A stretch of DNA of 64,000 nt, from positions 74,095 to 138,094 of the forward strand of contig JAANOX010000225.1 in assembly GCA_020184695.1 (NCBI GenBank). Reading direction: 5' to 3'. Within the stretch, counting starts at the first letter, position 1. Each line of letters begins with the position of its first letter. Origin of the DNA: Histomonas meleagridis 2922-C6/04-290x (Eukaryota; Protista; Parabasalia). Positions 11,563 to 21,970 of the stretch are shown here, in pieces. The notes under the pieces were generated by a model. That model was not told where the DNA came from. It saw nothing but the letters and a program-made list of their open reading frames with translations, and made no database searches. The position numbers were made by a program, and so were the translations under genes.

Positions 11563-14500
11563 TTATTTAGTTCTCTTTCTTGTGATTGTCGTTGACGGAT
11601 ACGACGACGATAGCAAACCGTACGGGAACACTTTTTCCATTTGTCCGTATTCTATTGCTGTTACGTATTGTGGGAACTTGTCCACCAATATCAGGTAGGG
11701 GTTACCCGTTTGGCTGTTATACTTTGTTGAAGTCTTCTTGTCTACCACGTCATGCAAGCACATGAAGAACTCGTTAATTCCGTCTTTCACTTTTGTTTCG
11801 TTGACATTTTCGAACAACGAAGGTGTCAAGTCCATCATCAATTCGAATGCGTACGGCATCAAATGCAAGTTCTTGGATAGCGCATCTTCATTTGGATAAA
11901 ACTCCAAGTTATCCCATTTCGGGTTCCCGAACAACGATGCCAAAAATATGAAATATGTATTAATGTCATTATTCATTTTCTTGAAATCCTTTAAATATTC
12001 CTTAAAGAAGTAATTTGATTTTGTATAACTTGTAATTTCATTTAATACGTAATGAGAATAACTATTAAACTCTGAAGTACTTCTATAGAACGAAGGGAAA
12101 CCGGGCATTACTTCTTCGATCACTATAGTTGAAGCACGTCTAATCATTGATCTTAAAGTTAAAGCTATAGCTATTTGTAACAAGTAAGTTGAAGCTTGAA
12201 TTACTTCATTATTATTTATTATATCAATAGATATTTTTGAGGATGAAATTGATTTATAAGTTTTCATTATATTTGTTATGTTATGATTAACAATTTTAAT
12301 GATGGAACTATCTAAATAAATTGCACTATGTACACCAAAAGTACGAATGATATTAACGAAGTATTGCGTTGAATATTGTGTCTTTGTACTTCGGAAATGT
12401 TGAATGAATGGTATATATATCGAATTATTACTATCATTCTCTATGAATTGTTTAAGTTCGGATGCAATTTTATGGACAAATCGTTTCTCATCTAATAAAT
12501 TAGATGGACATTCTTTAATACCTTCTTTACCAATAATAGCTAACGCTTGATTTTGGAATTCAGGATCAGAGAAAATTGATTCACTTTGAATACCATTAAA
12601 TAATGATCGATTATAATCTAATCCAGTCATACCGAATAAAGGCCAAACAAATTCACTTGCGTCAATAATTACTTGATTATTATTATGGACATTAAATAAT
12701 AATATTGTAATAACATCAGTAACAAATCGACTTACAAAATAATTCGAGACTTCCATTTCTTCTCCAAATAATAATATACTTTGTGGTAAATCATTAATGA
12801 ATGAATTTGTTAAGATAATCGGTTCAATAATTTCACTTTCATTTAAACAATATTTAGGATCTAATAATTTTGTAGCATATTGTTGTTCATCTGGTAATGT
12901 TTGACCGATTTCTCCAGTGATTGTAAATTGTATTGTTCGTGAATTACTTGATAATGATCCTGATAAAAATGATCGAACTAATGACGCAAATTTACCACGT
13001 AAATTTGTAAATATATCTTTTAATGATTTAAGTTCATTTTCATGTGATAAGATATTAATACTATCATAATTAAAGAATGAAAATATATGAAAAATCGCAG
13101 TTGCGCAATTTAATGGAAAACTTTGATGTGATACAAATTGCATTAATTGTTTGGAATGTATCCAAAATAAATGGAATGAACATGAATCCAAGAAAAATTG
13201 TATCGGATCTTGCGCTGCTTCACAATGTAATCGAATCGTTGATAAATGTTCAAATAATGGATTCATAAAGGATAAGTTTTGTTGTGTCGATATTTGATTA
13301 TATTTATATAATAGGCGGCCATATGTTATTAATAATGGTAGGAAATCATATCGTGTGCCACTATCGAACTCTTGTAAATCTAATGATTCGATTGCTTGTT
13401 TAATTGTCTTCGCTCCTTCAAGTAATTCGGTACCTGATTGTCCTAAACCTGATTGTCCAAATGTTTGAAGTAATTGTTGTAAATATTGGGAATCAGCTGT
13501 AGATAAGTTATAGACGAAAAAGCGCTGAATTAAATCTTTCTCATGGACAAAGAATTCGCCTATTTTATCAATAATTCGATGAAGTTTGGCAATACCTATA
13601 ATATGATTTGAGTCCCAATTTTGTTGTTCACGTGACTTGAAAAATTGATCAATTTCATAATACGAAAAAGCTGTAATTGCTCGGATTTGATGAATACATC
13701 GTAAAAATTGATTGGGATCAATGCCAGAAAAGTTTTCGACATCTTCGGCTAAAGTAGTCAAAAGTTTAATGCGATGTAAATGAGCGGTTTTATATTTGGT
13801 TGATGTGGATTTATCTAATGTGCTTAAAAGCGATGATATAAACGTAGAATCCTTTTGTAGCTTTAATAAGTGTTTGGTTGGTAATGAAAATGTTCTTGAT
13901 AAAAAGACATATGAACATTCAGAAAAAATACCATTGGATAAATACGCAAATTGTTGGTTCTGTTCTGCTAGTGATGGATATGATAATAAGAAAAAGAACA
14001 TCATTTCTTGTAATGGCGAAATATTTGCAAGATAAATTAATTCATCAATTGGCATTGATGATCCAATGGTATCTTCTGGCGCATATTCGTAAATGGAGAG
14101 AAGTGGCCAATTAAATATGGTCCATTCCGCAAATAATGATGAAAAGAATGGAAGAATTTGATATATTAAAACTGAGACTTTGTCTTTAAGCTTTGATACT
14201 TCTTGGGCAATATAATGAAGTGGATTATCAACGCATGAGTTAATGAAGAAAAAGAAATCTTCAGATCTGGATAATAACTTTGTGGACTTATTTAAGTTTG
14301 ATGATAAAAATATATTGACAAGAAATTGGCAATTGGGGATTTCATGGATATATAAGCAAATTTTAGCAAAAGTAGTAAATAACTTACATACAGACATTGT
14401 CACATTAAGATTCCATCGAAAGTCAAACTCTTGTGAAGATTGATTTATCATTTGAAGTTGGAACTTTACAAGCCTTGTCCAATGACAAGTGTAATCTAAA

Positions 14501-14766
14501 GCTTTAATTGATTGAAGTAATAAATTAGATGCTTTTTCACGAGCATCAGTAAAGCTTCCTTGAAGAGATGGCGGTGACTGATTTTTCCGCACTGCATTTA
14601 CATAGTCAGAAGAATATTTTTGGAGATTTTTCAAATCATTTGATTTGAACGATGACATTATTTTTGCATCGTTACGAAAGTCATTTGATATTTGATCCAA
14701 AGCATTGAGTATAATGTCTGAGTGCTTTAAAAGAATCTCTGTATCTTCAAAACGTCCCTTTGACAT
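11563..14766 (-). CDS. NCKAP1: NCK-associated protein 1 / Nap1 (WAVE regulatory complex, HEM family)
   Basis: 1067 aa helical protein. C-terminal NLHLM..AF and LILVDKF...MEKVFPYGLLSSSY resemble Nap1 NNIHCLA and LLESCFPYVLLRNAY. Confidence 0.8.
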   Translation of the reverse strand: MSKGRFEDTEILLKHSDIILNALDQISNDFRNDAKIMSSFKSNDLKNLQKYSSDYVNAVRKNQSPPSLQGSFTDAREKASNLLLQSIKALDYTCHWTRLVKFQLQMINQSSQEFDFRWNLNVTMSVCKLFTTFAKICLYIHEIPNCQFLVNIFLSSNLNKSTKLLSRSEDFFFFINSCVDNPLHYIAQEVSKLKDKVSVLIYQILPFFSSLFAEWTIFNWPLLSIYEYAPEDTIGSSMPIDELIYLANISPLQEMMFFFLLSYPSLAEQNQQFAYLSNGIFSECSYVFLSRTFSLPTKHLLKLQKDSTFISSLLSTLDKSTSTKYKTAHLHRIKLLTTLAEDVENFSGIDPNQFLRCIHQIRAITAFSYYEIDQFFKSREQQNWDSNHIIGIAKLHRIIDKIGEFFVHEKDLIQRFFVYNLSTADSQYLQQLLQTFGQSGLGQSGTELLEGAKTIKQAIESLDLQEFDSGTRYDFLPLLITYGRLLYKYNQISTQQNLSFMNPLFEHLSTIRLHCEAAQDPIQFFLDSCSFHLFWIHSKQLMQFVSHQSFPLNCATAIFHIFSFFNYDSINILSHENELKSLKDIFTNLRGKFASLVRSFLSGSLSSNSRTIQFTITGEIGQTLPDEQQYATKLLDPKYCLNESEIIEPIILTNSFINDLPQSILLFGEEMEVSNYFVSRFVTDVITILLFNVHNNNQVIIDASEFVWPLFGMTGLDYNRSLFNGIQSESIFSDPEFQNQALAIIGKEGIKECPSNLLDEKRFVHKIASELKQFIENDSNNSIYIPFIQHFRSTKTQYSTQYFVNIIRTFGVHSAIYLDSSIIKIVNHNITNIMKTYKSISSSKISIDIINNNEVIQASTYLLQIAIALTLRSMIRRASTIVIEEVMPGFPSFYRSTSEFNSYSHYVLNEITSYTKSNYFFKEYLKDFKKMNNDINTYFIFLASLFGNPKWDNLEFYPNEDALSKNLHLMPYAFELMMDLTPSLFENVNETKVKDGINEFFMCLHDVVDKKTSTKYNSQTGNPYLILVDKFPQYVTAIEYGQMEKVFPYGLLSSSYPSTTITRKRTK

Positions 14767-15104
14767 TTGTAACTGTGATTGTTAGGTTTATAGAAAATTT
14801 GGCTTTTTCTGAGCCAACGATCAAAATTCAATCACGCGACAGTTCGATGTTCTTAAACGTTGTCCCTATCAAATTCCAAAAAGTGGCACATTACATCACA
14901 TTACATTTAATGCCAATAGCATTTAAAAAATCATTAATAAAGAAAACAGATTGCAATTAATTGATAATTATGGCATTAATGCTATAATACATTTAAATAT
15001 AAAAGACGAAATGATATTTTTTTTATCGGATTTTATACAATATTAAACTCTACAAAATAAAAAATAATAACAAATTTTATTTTAAATATATTTTATTTTT
15101 TTAA

Positions 15105-16274
15105 ATGAAGGTCTTTGGTTTATATTTTCTTGTAATATTATTTAATATTAATTATTTTGGAAAAATTCAAAAACTTGGAAATTTTTTTTCAAGATTTTCA
15201 AGAAGGAATCAGAGAACACCTCAATCAACAAGATCAGAATTATCACCATTTGATCAAGAAGAAAGTACTTTCATGAGTGAGTCAACAAATCGTTTAGAAC
15301 TTGATTCTCAAAATCAAGATACTATTCCTGATTTAGAATCAGATACTACAAACTCTGAACCATCTAATTTTTATTATCGTAGTGTAACACTTGGAAACGA
15401 AGAAATTCAAAAAGGAATATTTATTTCCAATTCTTGTGAAATAGTCATTCTATCTAAAGAAGTTAATAGTCTTAATGAAAGAGCATTTTATGGATGGAGT
15501 TTTGTCAAATTTGATATGTCTGAATCGAATGTTGATGTAATTGAGAAGGAAACTTTTGCTACATGTTGTAATCTAAAAGAATTTGTCTGTGGACGGCATT
15601 TACATATAATATGTACAAATGCTTTTGAATCATGTATAAGTTTGGAAAAAATTACGGATGTTTTAGATGTTGATATTATTCAACAATTTGCATTTAGCAA
15701 ATGCCAAAAGTTAAAAACAATTGAGTTTTCAGTTAATTTGGAAAGTATTTCTCCTTTTGCATTTCATGGCTGTGTTTCTTTAGAGAAGATAATAATACCT
15801 AAAAATAATCTATATTATGCTAACTTTCAAAATGATGGAGTTGTATATATGAAAGGTTTCAAAGATATTTACATATTTCCTCCAGGAAAATCCTCTTTTT
15901 CAATGCCTGTAAGTGTGAATTATGTTTCTAGTTATGCTTTTTATAAACAAGAAGCACTTAGAGAATTTCCTTCAGGAAATATTAAATTAATTAAAGACAA
16001 TGCATTTTTCGGTGCTGTTGGTTTACGTAAATTAATTCTGATGGAAGTTAATCATATAGGTTTTGGAGCATTTAAATGTTGTTTAAACTTGGAATATATT
16101 TTCTTTGGAAGTTCAAATATTCATATATCTCCAGGAGCTTTTAGAGGAATTGAAAATTTAAAAATAAGGATTTATTATAAGAAAATAATGGATAAATATG
16201 CAAAAGAATTTGAAGCTTCAACACGTTTTAAATATTTCCCAAGTAAGAAGAATCAAAATTCTTTATCATTCTAA
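15105..16274 (+). CDS. BspA-like (TpLRR/LRR_5) leucine-rich repeat protein
   Basis: Repeats such as AFESCISLEKI, FAFSKCQKLKTI and FAFHGCVSLEKIIIP. Confidence 0.85.
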   Translation: MKVFGLYFLVILFNINYFGKIQKLGNFFSRFSRRNQRTPQSTRSELSPFDQEESTFMSESTNRLELDSQNQDTIPDLESDTTNSEPSNFYYRSVTLGNEEIQKGIFISNSCEIVILSKEVNSLNERAFYGWSFVKFDMSESNVDVIEKETFATCCNLKEFVCGRHLHIICTNAFESCISLEKITDVLDVDIIQQFAFSKCQKLKTIEFSVNLESISPFAFHGCVSLEKIIIPKNNLYYANFQNDGVVYMKGFKDIYIFPPGKSSFSMPVSVNYVSSYAFYKQEALREFPSGNIKLIKDNAFFGAVGLRKLILMEVNHIGFGAFKCCLNLEYIFFGSSNIHISPGAFRGIENLKIRIYYKKIMDKYAKEFEASTRFKYFPSKKNQNSLSF

Positions 16275-16443
16275 TGATTGCTGAAACATATTAAATCAAA
16301 AAGTGAAAGTAAATACAGCAATTAATTTTTTATATTTAATATTATATTGAGAATTTTTATTTAATATTAAAAATAATAAAGAATATAATTTTTATAAAAA
16401 TTTATTGTTTTATCATATGATGAATTATATATAGATATTTTTT

Positions 16444-17160
16444 TTAATATGTTAAATTATTGCTTGAATTCTCATCCATAAATACATTAACAAGCTTTTT
16501 ATCAATATAGATATAAAATAACGAGAGCAAAAAGAAAGCTAAAAACAAGCTTAAAACAATTAAAATCCCATATCCGATTCCTAGCACATCAAAATCAATA
16601 AACGGATAAGGATATCTTGAATTTAAATAAAGCACTCCGCCTATTTCTGCTCTAATAACAACAAAGATAAAATATAAAAAAGGATATATTAAAAATAACA
16701 AACTATGTTTATAATTAATTTTTCCATGCTCAGTAAAAAATATCCAATCTAAAATTGCTAATATAGGTACAATAAGATGCATAACATAATTAGATATCAA
16801 AAAGATAACTTTTGGTGTATCTTCTTTCGTCTCAAATTTTTGCCATGATAACAAAGCCCAATAGACAATCAATGTAAATGTTATATATAAAGTTAATGCG
16901 ATTTCAAAACACATATTAAGATGAAAAATCCTTCCTTTTCTTCCATTTATTATAAGTTGAGTAATGCCACCAAATATTAGAATTATAGCCATAATTCCAA
17001 TAAATAAATTAGATTGAATTGTAAAGAAAACAAATCTTTTAAGTGGATTTTTCCTATAAAATATAACAATTAAACTATATAAACAGAAGCTAAATATTAA
17101 AATCCTAAGTGTTAGTGCTGCAGGTCTATTTTTATTTAAATTAACAATAAATGTCCGCAT
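16444..17160 (-). CDS. Multi-pass membrane protein, Pr6Pr / FAR-17a-AIG1-like
   Basis: FFTIQSN, MHLIVPILAILDWIF and YPFLY...RYPYPFID motifs, with about six hydrophobic segments. Confidence 0.75.
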   Translation of the reverse strand: MRTFIVNLNKNRPAALTLRILIFSFCLYSLIVIFYRKNPLKRFVFFTIQSNLFIGIMAIILIFGGITQLIINGRKGRIFHLNMCFEIALTLYITFTLIVYWALLSWQKFETKEDTPKVIFLISNYVMHLIVPILAILDWIFFTEHGKINYKHSLLFLIYPFLYFIFVVIRAEIGGVLYLNSRYPYPFIDFDVLGIGYGILIVLSLFLAFFLLSLFYIYIDKKLVNVFMDENSSNNLTY

Positions 17161-17337
17161 GAATTTTTATTGAACACTATGTAAAAATTTTATTTTAACA
17201 ATTTTATTAAAATAACACAGTTCTGAAAATAAGGTGGTTTATTTTTAATAAAATCGACTTTTTATGTCTTAACTTTAAATAAAATGAAGTATTTATTTTA
17301 CACATAAAATTTGGAAAAAAATTCTTAAATTATCTTT

Positions 17338-20262
17338 TTATAAATATGAAGATATTATCTGTAACTTTTGAGGACTTTTTTCGAACATAGCGATTAATTG
17401 CATTTTAATTGCCTCATTACTAGTAACATAAGTTCTAAACAATTGTTTTATAGCTTGGTCATTATTTTCATCGATTTTTCTTGTGATTTTCTTTGATAAA
17501 GGTTCACATAATAAATTTGCGATTGCTAATACAAAAGCAAATGATAATTCCAATGGTTGTTGATTAGAAAATATCATAATCAACAACTTCGCCATATTAT
17601 TTGATTCTTTTTCATCTGCAGGTGGGAAACATTTAATTGCTTCCAAAATTTTTTCATTATCAATTTGGACGCCACAAATTAAAAACCTTAAAAACACAAC
17701 AGCTATATTCGAAAGACATTTCTTATAACCCGCAGATTTATTTTTACCTTCATCCCACCATTGGCCCAAAAAAGGAACAAAACCAATTAATAATTGGAAT
17801 TGATCTGGATATTTATCCAAAAATGTATTTAAGAAATAACAAACATTTTGTCTTAAGTCGACATTTTTCATTGCAGCAATATTTGCTAATAAAAATTGTA
17901 TTATTGCTGCTAAGAATTCATTTGGTAAATTGACTTTCTTAAATGCAAATGTAATTGATCCAATTATACAAGAAATTACATCAAAACGTGATCTTTGTAA
18001 CCATTGTAATAAGAAGTTACATATATCATTAATGTTTGGTGGCATTATTCTTAAATATATTGAAACGAAATTAAGTATATAATGTGCTAAATCTGATGGA
18101 CAATTATAAAGTTGTTCAACATTATAATTAAATAAAGCAATTTGTCCATTTAATAATTCTTTAATTAATGATTCACTAATTGGTAAAAATACATTTGGCG
18201 CTATTAAAAAGAAATTTTTAAATATTTGTGTCGAAGCTTCAAGTGCATCTTCAATTAAATCAAGTTCTGTTTGTTCTTGTATAATAATAATTAAACCAGA
18301 AAGTAATGTATGAACTTTTGATACATTTTCTTGTTGATCTCCTGTTAAACTTAATGTTTTAGATATCATTAAAATTGCATCACAACCTGCAGTCATAACT
18401 TGTTCATCATTAGATTCAAGCATTTTAGCACAACCTGTACATGTTATATTTATTAATGTCGGATCATTACAGAATTTAATAATAGAAGCTGCCGTATTAA
18501 TTGAATAATAAAATATTTGATTTTCATCTTGTTCATTTATATATTTAGCAATGATTGGTATATATGGCCGTATATATTGTAATACTTCTTGTCGAAATGT
18601 ACGTACTAAATTAGTAATAAAATTAAGTGAATGATATACAACTATAAAGTTTCCATTTTGAAATGATTCATCAAGAATTGGACGTACTTTTTGTAATAAT
18701 ATTTCCGTAAGTGATTCCTTCTTAGCAAGTAATGATGTAACAATTCGAAGTACAGCTGATTTTTGATATATCTCTGTCGATGATATTAAAGAATCTAAAA
18801 ATGGTAATAACGATTCAAGAATTTCATCAGTAATATCATTAGATAATAATAAAGAATGTGATATTACTACAATATAATCTTCTAAATCATTCGGTCGAAC
18901 TAATCCTTCAAGTTGATATCTCCATATAATTGAAAATAATCCTTCGATTTCAGTATCACATATTTCACATAATGTAATAAATGCTGAATAAGCTGAAAAT
19001 CGGACTTCATTCGATGGAGAAATTAATAAACCAATTATTGCTTTCATTAAATCAACAGATATTTCAGAGATTCCTTCAAACGTTTCATCAAATGTTGATA
19101 TTGCTTTAAGTCCTGCAACTTGTAATAATTCACATTGACTTGAAACAGCTGCTAAAAATGTATTACGTATTAAGTCTAATTCACTTGACATTGGCCCTTC
19201 TGCATATTGGAGTAATACTTGTACTAATAAAACACCTAAAATTAATTGTGGAAGATCACCAGATGAAAGCATTCCAATAATATTTTGTTTAAGTATTTGT
19301 GTTGTTTGATTTTGATCACGTGTTATAACTTTTTCAATAATTGTCATATAATCATATGAAAGTAATTCTTGTGTTCGAATATATTGTAATGCAAGATTAA
19401 TAGAAAATGTTAACATAGATAGCATAGCTTCAGGAGTGACTTTAGATACAACATTTGAAAATGAATCTAATATTATATGCCTTTTTTCATAATAGATTTG
19501 TTCATTAGAAATAAGTTTAAATGATAAACTATAAAATTGCATAATTAGGTCACCCCCAATTTCTTTGAATGAAATGGTTTTGTGAACTAGCCGCCAAAAA
19601 GTATTGAAATCATCATCGTTTTGGAGGTTAACACTTCCTTCGATGTTGTTCATGAGAAAAGTAATTAAGGGTTCAAGAAGAGAGATGTCACGCGTTTCTT
19701 GAACAATGTTAATAAAGACATGGGCAGAATTAAAGCTTGTATGCAAATCATTTGTAGCAAGACCAGCTAAAGCCATATTACGAAAAGCAGGAAAACTTTC
19801 AATAATTAATTGTGAAGGCATCATTGGAAATACTTTGGCAAGAAGAAGCATGGTAAATACAATATTTTGATTCTGGTATGAAATACAAATTAATTGAATT
19901 AACTCATTCCAAAAACCAAGATGCTTAAAGATTAAAGCTGCAAGATCACCAATAGCTTCAATTTCTATTGGTGTTAAATTCATTTGTAAAATTTGGATAA
20001 TATCTGATTCAACTCTCTTTTGGATTTCTTCTGGATAATTTCTCCAAATATTTTGTGATTTAATTACTGGTATGATGTTAGCAATTGCAGCCATACGAAT
20101 TCTTTGTGAAGCATTTGTTTTAATAATTTCTAAAAATAGTAAAATTCCATTTAGTTGGTTTCTAACTGAAATTATAAATTCGGTAGCTCTGTCAACTATA
20201 TTTTGATCAGGAACCATTGATTGTTCTAAAATATAAGCTAGTTGATTAATTTCGTTGTTCAT
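17338..20262 (-). CDS. Importin-beta family HEAT-repeat protein (importin-4-like)
   Basis: Long helical ORF with an IBN_N-like start (LAYILEQSMVPDQNIVDRAT). The ORF track starts at TTG 20325; the likely ATG is 20262 (or 20295). Confidence 0.7.
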   Translation of the reverse strand: MNNEINQLAYILEQSMVPDQNIVDRATEFIISVRNQLNGILLFLEIIKTNASQRIRMAAIANIIPVIKSQNIWRNYPEEIQKRVESDIIQILQMNLTPIEIEAIGDLAALIFKHLGFWNELIQLICISYQNQNIVFTMLLLAKVFPMMPSQLIIESFPAFRNMALAGLATNDLHTSFNSAHVFINIVQETRDISLLEPLITFLMNNIEGSVNLQNDDDFNTFWRLVHKTISFKEIGGDLIMQFYSLSFKLISNEQIYYEKRHIILDSFSNVVSKVTPEAMLSMLTFSINLALQYIRTQELLSYDYMTIIEKVITRDQNQTTQILKQNIIGMLSSGDLPQLILGVLLVQVLLQYAEGPMSSELDLIRNTFLAAVSSQCELLQVAGLKAISTFDETFEGISEISVDLMKAIIGLLISPSNEVRFSAYSAFITLCEICDTEIEGLFSIIWRYQLEGLVRPNDLEDYIVVISHSLLLSNDITDEILESLLPFLDSLISSTEIYQKSAVLRIVTSLLAKKESLTEILLQKVRPILDESFQNGNFIVVYHSLNFITNLVRTFRQEVLQYIRPYIPIIAKYINEQDENQIFYYSINTAASIIKFCNDPTLINITCTGCAKMLESNDEQVMTAGCDAILMISKTLSLTGDQQENVSKVHTLLSGLIIIIQEQTELDLIEDALEASTQIFKNFFLIAPNVFLPISESLIKELLNGQIALFNYNVEQLYNCPSDLAHYILNFVSIYLRIMPPNINDICNFLLQWLQRSRFDVISCIIGSITFAFKKVNLPNEFLAAIIQFLLANIAAMKNVDLRQNVCYFLNTFLDKYPDQFQLLIGFVPFLGQWWDEGKNKSAGYKKCLSNIAVVFLRFLICGVQIDNEKILEAIKCFPPADEKESNNMAKLLIMIFSNQQPLELSFAFVLAIANLLCEPLSKKITRKIDENNDQAIKQLFRTYVTSNEAIKMQLIAMFEKSPQKLQIISSYL

Positions 20263-20315
20263 ACCAAAATTCTTTAACGGTCGTCCGAAGACCATTTGTA
20301 AAACGTTAATTTCAT

Positions 20316-20323
20316 TAACGGTC
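20316..20323 (-). promoter_or_regulatory. M3-like trichomonad core promoter motif (GACCGTTA)
   Basis: Matches DRCSGYTD, in the short intergenic between divergent importin and RSL1D1 genes. Confidence 0.4.
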
Positions 20324-20336
20324 AAACTCTAAACCA

Positions 20337-21131
20337 ATGGAAAAAGAAAAAAATGATTTTGTGACGTTATCTGCTGCAAAAAGCGGTGTTATTCAACTTC
20401 AAAAGAAATATACAAAAAGTACCAAAAGAAGAGAATGTCCACCAGTTTTTGTTATTTTTCATTTTATCAAAGCACCATCAAAATCCTCAGGACCTCATCG
20501 AATTCAATTACCACATCCAGTGCGTCCGTTTCCATTCCAATCAGCAGTAGTTTTTGTAACAGGTGAAGCATCCAAATGGGAGAAATCATTTGAACCACTT
20601 GGACTTAATATTACAGCAATTTCACTTTCTATGTTAAAAAAGAAATACACTAATCGTAAATCCCGTGATCAGCTTCTTCATTCATGCGAAGTCTTCTTTT
20701 GTGAGAAGTCAGCATCTTCTGTATTACCAAATAATCTTGGAACACAATTTTTTTCACGCAATCGTCAGCCCATTGTTGTTACACTCAATCCAGATGACCC
20801 AACACAAATGAAGGAAGAGTTTCAAGCTGCTACAGAATCTGGCGAATTATACATTCGGCATCATGAATCATGTTCAGTTCGCGTTGGCGGATTTAATCTT
20901 ACATTTGATAACCTTGCAGAGAACATTATTGATTGCTGTACACAAGCTTTGAACATAATTCCAAAGGCAAAACTAAGAATTGATTCGGTGTCATTAATGA
21001 CAAGTGGAATAGAACTTCCGCCGATTTGGACGAAAAATGCTAAGAGAACTGTTTTGAAAAGGGAAGATATCATTCCTAAAATAGTGAAAGAGGAAATAGA
21101 TACAGAAAATGAAGAAGAGGAAGAAGAATAA
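20337..21131 (+). CDS. RSL1D1: Ribosomal L1 domain-containing protein (RSL1D1/Utp30/Cic1-like)
   Basis: RIQLPHP, FFSRNRQPIVV and VRVGGFNLTFDNLAENI motifs, with an acidic tail. Confidence 0.8.
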   Translation: MEKEKNDFVTLSAAKSGVIQLQKKYTKSTKRRECPPVFVIFHFIKAPSKSSGPHRIQLPHPVRPFPFQSAVVFVTGEASKWEKSFEPLGLNITAISLSMLKKKYTNRKSRDQLLHSCEVFFCEKSASSVLPNNLGTQFFSRNRQPIVVTLNPDDPTQMKEEFQAATESGELYIRHHESCSVRVGGFNLTFDNLAENIIDCCTQALNIIPKAKLRIDSVSLMTSGIELPPIWTKNAKRTVLKREDIIPKIVKEEIDTENEEEEEE

Positions 21132-21396
21132 AAAATAAATTTTTGGTCTTAAAAAATTTGTTTCATTTTAATAACAAAACATAATGACAAAATAGAAATT
21201 GGCTCCAATCAATGAATAGGAATTAATTAATAAATACTTGATAAAATATGAAATTGATAACAATTCCAATTTGAAAAAATAAGAGTATTATTACTCAAGC
21301 TGTCATGTTTTTTTTATACTGTGTTCAGTGGTTATTTGATATTTGAAAAGATAAAAAAAATTATGAATAAAATGTTTAAAAATGAAATAATTTTTT

Positions 21397-21750
21397 TTAA
21401 ATTCCAAAGTTTGGTTTCTCATATGTATTGAATTCTTCCATGAAGGAGTTGACAATTTCTTTGCCTTCATTGTAAATCACCTTTAAATCAAACGGTGAAT
21501 TTTGATTTGATTTATTGATTCGCTCCAATCTCTCAGAAACAGTAAGATTTGGAATTGAACCTGATATGCTTGCATCAAGGTCTGATATATCTTCAATTTC
21601 TTCAACAACAGAATCTTCATATGGATTATTTAAGATTTGAACAAGATTTTCAAATTCACTTTGGTCCATTTGATATAGGTCATTTCTTGTTTCTATAAAA
21701 CCAGCATTTTTAAATTGCTCAAAGTAGCTATCTCTGCTGTTATATGACAT
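21397..21750 (-). CDS. Hypothetical acidic protein (117 aa)
   Basis: ATG-initiated ORF with coding-like composition; no family recognised. Confidence 0.55.
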   Translation of the reverse strand: MSYNSRDSYFEQFKNAGFIETRNDLYQMDQSEFENLVQILNNPYEDSVVEEIEDISDLDASISGSIPNLTVSERLERINKSNQNSPFDLKVIYNEGKEIVNSFMEEFNTYEKPNFGI

Positions 21751-21830
21751 TTTTTGAACTTTTCAAAAATATTCTTTTTGTTGTTGTTTAAATAAAACAT
21801 TCATTGATAAAAATTTCATTATATTCGTCT

Positions 21831-21904
21831 GCCATCGTAGCTCAATCGGCTAGAGCATAAGACTCTTAATCTTGGGGTTGCGGGTTCGAGTCCCGCCGGT
21901 GGCT
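21831..21904 (+). tRNA. tRNA-Lys (CTT), identical to the copy at 10480
   Basis: Same 73-nt sequence followed by a T-run. Confidence 0.96.
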
Positions 21905-21970
21905 TTTTTGATATTTTTTTGACATGTGGTATGATATCATTTCAAAAGCATATTTGGATTTTTTACAAAT

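Noticed and set aside
10480-21904. Two identical tRNA-Lys genes as boundaries of a duplication or integration island
   Set aside because: Identity is limited to the tRNA body, the flanks are unrelated, and dispersed identical tRNA copies are normal.
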